Assembly (NCBI GenBank): GCA_964354495.1
Contig: CAYHAA010000018.1
Coordinates: 1 to 19,184 of the forward strand
Direction of reading: 5' to 3'
Length of the DNA stretch: 19,184 bases
Source of the DNA: an uncultured archaeon
GTDB lineage: Archaea; Asgardarchaeota; Thorarchaeia; Thorarchaeales; Thorarchaeaceae
Shown: piece by piece, positions 17,293 to 19,184 of the stretch
How the letters are laid out: the number at the start of each line of letters is the position of its first letter
Position numbering within the stretch: position 1 is the first letter of the stretch
Made by a program: the position numbers and the translations under genes
Notes under the pieces: model-generated
Told to the model about the DNA's origin: nothing
The model's input: the letters and a program-made list of their open reading frames with translations, nothing else
Databases searched by the model: none

Positions 17293-18420
17293 ATGGTAGA
17301 CCAAGAAACTTGGGAGCGTGTTGTGCTCCAGAAACTCGAATTGCCAAATGGCATGATTGCATCAAACCGAATTATGCGGGCTGCCACTTGGATGGGTCAG
17401 GCGGAAGAGAATGGAGTATGCGGGGAGGCAATCATCGAAACTTATGGCAAAATCCAAGCAGGCGTCGTGGTAACCGGTTTTCAATATGTAATGTATGAAG
17501 GACAGACGATTAAGCGCATGATCTCTAATTCAAAGGCAAGCGATGTTGAAGGTCTGAAACGCCTTGCTGGGGCAATTCATGCTTCAGGTGGTCTGGCAGC
17601 AGCTCAATTGGTTCATTGCGGGAGCAAGAGCTTGCCAAAATTGACAGGCAACGATGTAGCGTTTGGACCCAGTGATATGGAGATTCCTCAACCTAAGGGG
17701 GATGTTGTTCGAGTAAAGGCTATGACAGTGGACCATGTAGAAAGAGTCGCTCAGGCGTATGCTGACGCAGCCAAACGTGCAGTTGAAGCCGGATTTGATG
17801 TGATTGAACTACATGGAGCTCATAATTATGGGCTTTGGCAATTCTTTGACCCATCGTTCAATAGACGCCCAGTGGAAGACCCATATACCGGAGTAACAAT
17901 CGAAGGACGTTGTAAGGCGATGGTGGATGCTGTAAGAGCTGTGAAGAATGCGGTTGATATTCCCATTCAGGTGAAGGTGGACTCAAGCTCGAAAATGGTC
18001 AGACCCGAGGAAGTAGGTGAGTTGACAAAGAGGCTTGCTGAAGCGGGGGCATATTGCGTTATATTCAGTGGGCCCAACCCAAGTCAGAACCCGAAGGATG
18101 TAGGTGAGGCGTATTTCTTGGATGACGCAACGATTATCCGTTCGATAGCTCATGACAGTGGTCTCTTGTTCGGATTGGTAGGTGGAATCCGGTCGCCGGA
18201 AACTGTTGTTAAGCTACTGACAGGGAACGGAATTTCAAAGGCTGCTTTCGATGTGATTCAGCTTAGTCGCCCATTGATTAGTGAACCCGCGCTTTTGCAC
18301 CGTTGGACTGAAGAAGCGAAGATCAGTAAACAGGAACCTGCTCGATGCATTTCTTGTAACCGTTGTTTTGCAGCAGGGCTTAGAGGAAAGGTAGAATGCG
18401 TTCAGTTTGAGGGAGAGTGA
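17293..18420 (+). CDS. NADH:flavin oxidoreductase / Old Yellow Enzyme family protein
   Basis: NRIMRAAT, AAQLVHCG, GFDVIELHGAHNYGLWQFFDP..NRR, VGGIRS, LSRPLISEP, and C-terminal CISCNRC...C cluster motif. Confidence 0.92.
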   Translation: MVDQETWERVVLQKLELPNGMIASNRIMRAATWMGQAEENGVCGEAIIETYGKIQAGVVVTGFQYVMYEGQTIKRMISNSKASDVEGLKRLAGAIHASGGLAAAQLVHCGSKSLPKLTGNDVAFGPSDMEIPQPKGDVVRVKAMTVDHVERVAQAYADAAKRAVEAGFDVIELHGAHNYGLWQFFDPSFNRRPVEDPYTGVTIEGRCKAMVDAVRAVKNAVDIPIQVKVDSSSKMVRPEEVGELTKRLAEAGAYCVIFSGPNPSQNPKDVGEAYFLDDATIIRSIAHDSGLLFGLVGGIRSPETVVKLLTGNGISKAAFDVIQLSRPLISEPALLHRWTEEAKISKQEPARCISCNRCFAAGLRGKVECVQFEGE

Positions 18421-18527
18421 TATTCCGAGCTAGCGGAGAACAAGATTCCCATCAGGGAACTAGGATATTCTAACAAGCATGACTATTGAGACCTGAACTC
18501 AGATGAGGGCCAAGAGAGCACATATGC

Positions 18528-18548
18528 CAAATCACGCCCGGTCCACCA
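18528..18548 (+). repeat. tRNA-Ala 3'-end copy 2 (att-like)
   Basis: CAAATCACGCCCGGTCCACCA, 19/21 identical to the tRNA 3' end. Confidence 0.88.
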
Positions 18549-18636
18549 TTTCCTTCTCTATCGAATCTCTATGTTACACGAGAAGTAGTTCAAAGGAACT
18601 GCATTGCCATATCAGCACGAGAAATCTGTCATCCTT

Positions 18637-19116
18637 CTAGAAATCTCTCCTGAAGCTGCTGGCATCCAATATCGCTCTTCCTCTTCTTTGAGCGCAATCC
18701 TCGCATGTTACTCGTTTGGCGGGAACAATTCTATAGCCAACGTGCGTTGTCACTCCCGATTCGTGGTTTGTTGACACAACAAGTCCACACGAGGTCTGGA
18801 ACAACCCCGCCTCAGTTCCTTTCTTCCAGGCCCTCCCTGAGTGGATGGGCCCCCCATTATTGGCAAGAAATGGTTCTCTCTCTCCGAATCTCCTTTGAAT
18901 ATTCCCTCCGCCGAGAATCATAGCGAATCCAATGATTGCGAATCCAGCAAGTATGATGATGTATTCCTCAAAGAGCTCAGGAATGTATTCCCCCATAACC
19001 CATATGCTCCAATAGACAAGAATGGGGATGAATAGTAGCATCGCTCCAATGAATACCAGTATCTTGGCAATCAAGCTATAGAAATGCTCCCTCATCTGGT
19101 TTGCCTTCCAATACAT
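18637..19116 (-). CDS. Hypothetical protein: two N-terminal TM helices plus a small Cys/His C-terminal domain
   Basis: Two hydrophobic segments, then H...TSCG...TCEDC; fills the interval between att-like copies 2 and 3. Confidence 0.7.
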   Translation of the reverse strand: MYWKANQMREHFYSLIAKILVFIGAMLLFIPILVYWSIWVMGEYIPELFEEYIIILAGFAIIGFAMILGGGNIQRRFGEREPFLANNGGPIHSGRAWKKGTEAGLFQTSCGLVVSTNHESGVTTHVGYRIVPAKRVTCEDCAQRRGRAILDASSFRRDF

Positions 19117-19152
19117 ATATTGTTCAAATGAAGAATCGCTGGTGGACTCGAC

Positions 19153-19172
19153 TTCAAATCTGGACCGGCCCC
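19153..19172 (+). repeat. Degenerate tRNA-Ala 3'-end copy 3
   Basis: TTCAAATCTGGACCGGCCCC; 17/20 to copy 1 and 15/20 to the tRNA. Confidence 0.6.
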
Positions 19173-19184
19173 CTGCAACTTCTT

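Larger units (their letters stand above)
16285..19172. mobile_element. Tandem array of single-gene cassettes integrated at the tRNA-Ala 3' end
   Basis: Three intervals (~0.87, ~1.39 and ~0.63 kb), each holding one gene and each closed by a tRNA 3'-end copy. Confidence 0.72.

Noticed and set aside
19140-19147. Inverted GTCCACCA next to repeat copy 3
   Set aside because: Only 8 nt, and not present at the other copies; compatible with chance.
16259-19172. CRISPR array interpretation of the recurring 21-26 nt repeat
   Set aside because: The spacers are 0.6-1.4 kb genes, the repeat is a tRNA 3' end, and no cas genes are present.

Overview
Archaeal DNA, most consistent with an Asgard (Thorarchaeia-like) genome. 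The evidence is Thor-style LRR and surface proteins, and CCA-encoding tRNAs with bulge-helix-bulge (BHB) introns; the taxonomy is an inference. Ordinary host genes lie at both ends: LRR, PadR plus HAAS membrane protein, peroxiredoxin, membrane protein and methyltransferase. Two tRNA-centred mobile structures are missed by the ORF track. (1) An AT-richer ~10.2 kb island (3588-13813) sits between the 5' half (13845-13814, minus, with promoter) and 3' half (3587-3560, minus, with CCA) of a host tRNA-Phe allele that lacks the 22/23 intron. Both halves carry a TGAAGA anticodon-loop core and a compensatory T3-A70 pair. The island carries its own complete, two-intron tRNA-Phe(GAA) allele (5058-5196). 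It also carries a free-standing HTH plus double-LAGLIDADG protein, a HerA/VirB4-like ATPase plus wHTH operon broken only by in-frame stops, and a metzincin/anchor cassette flanked by 112-bp direct repeats. (2) A two-intron tRNA-Ala(GGC) (16145-16284) is followed by three progressively decayed copies of its 3' end, each separated by exactly one gene, like an integron-style cassette array. No integrase is visible in the window. All alignments and structures were done by eye.
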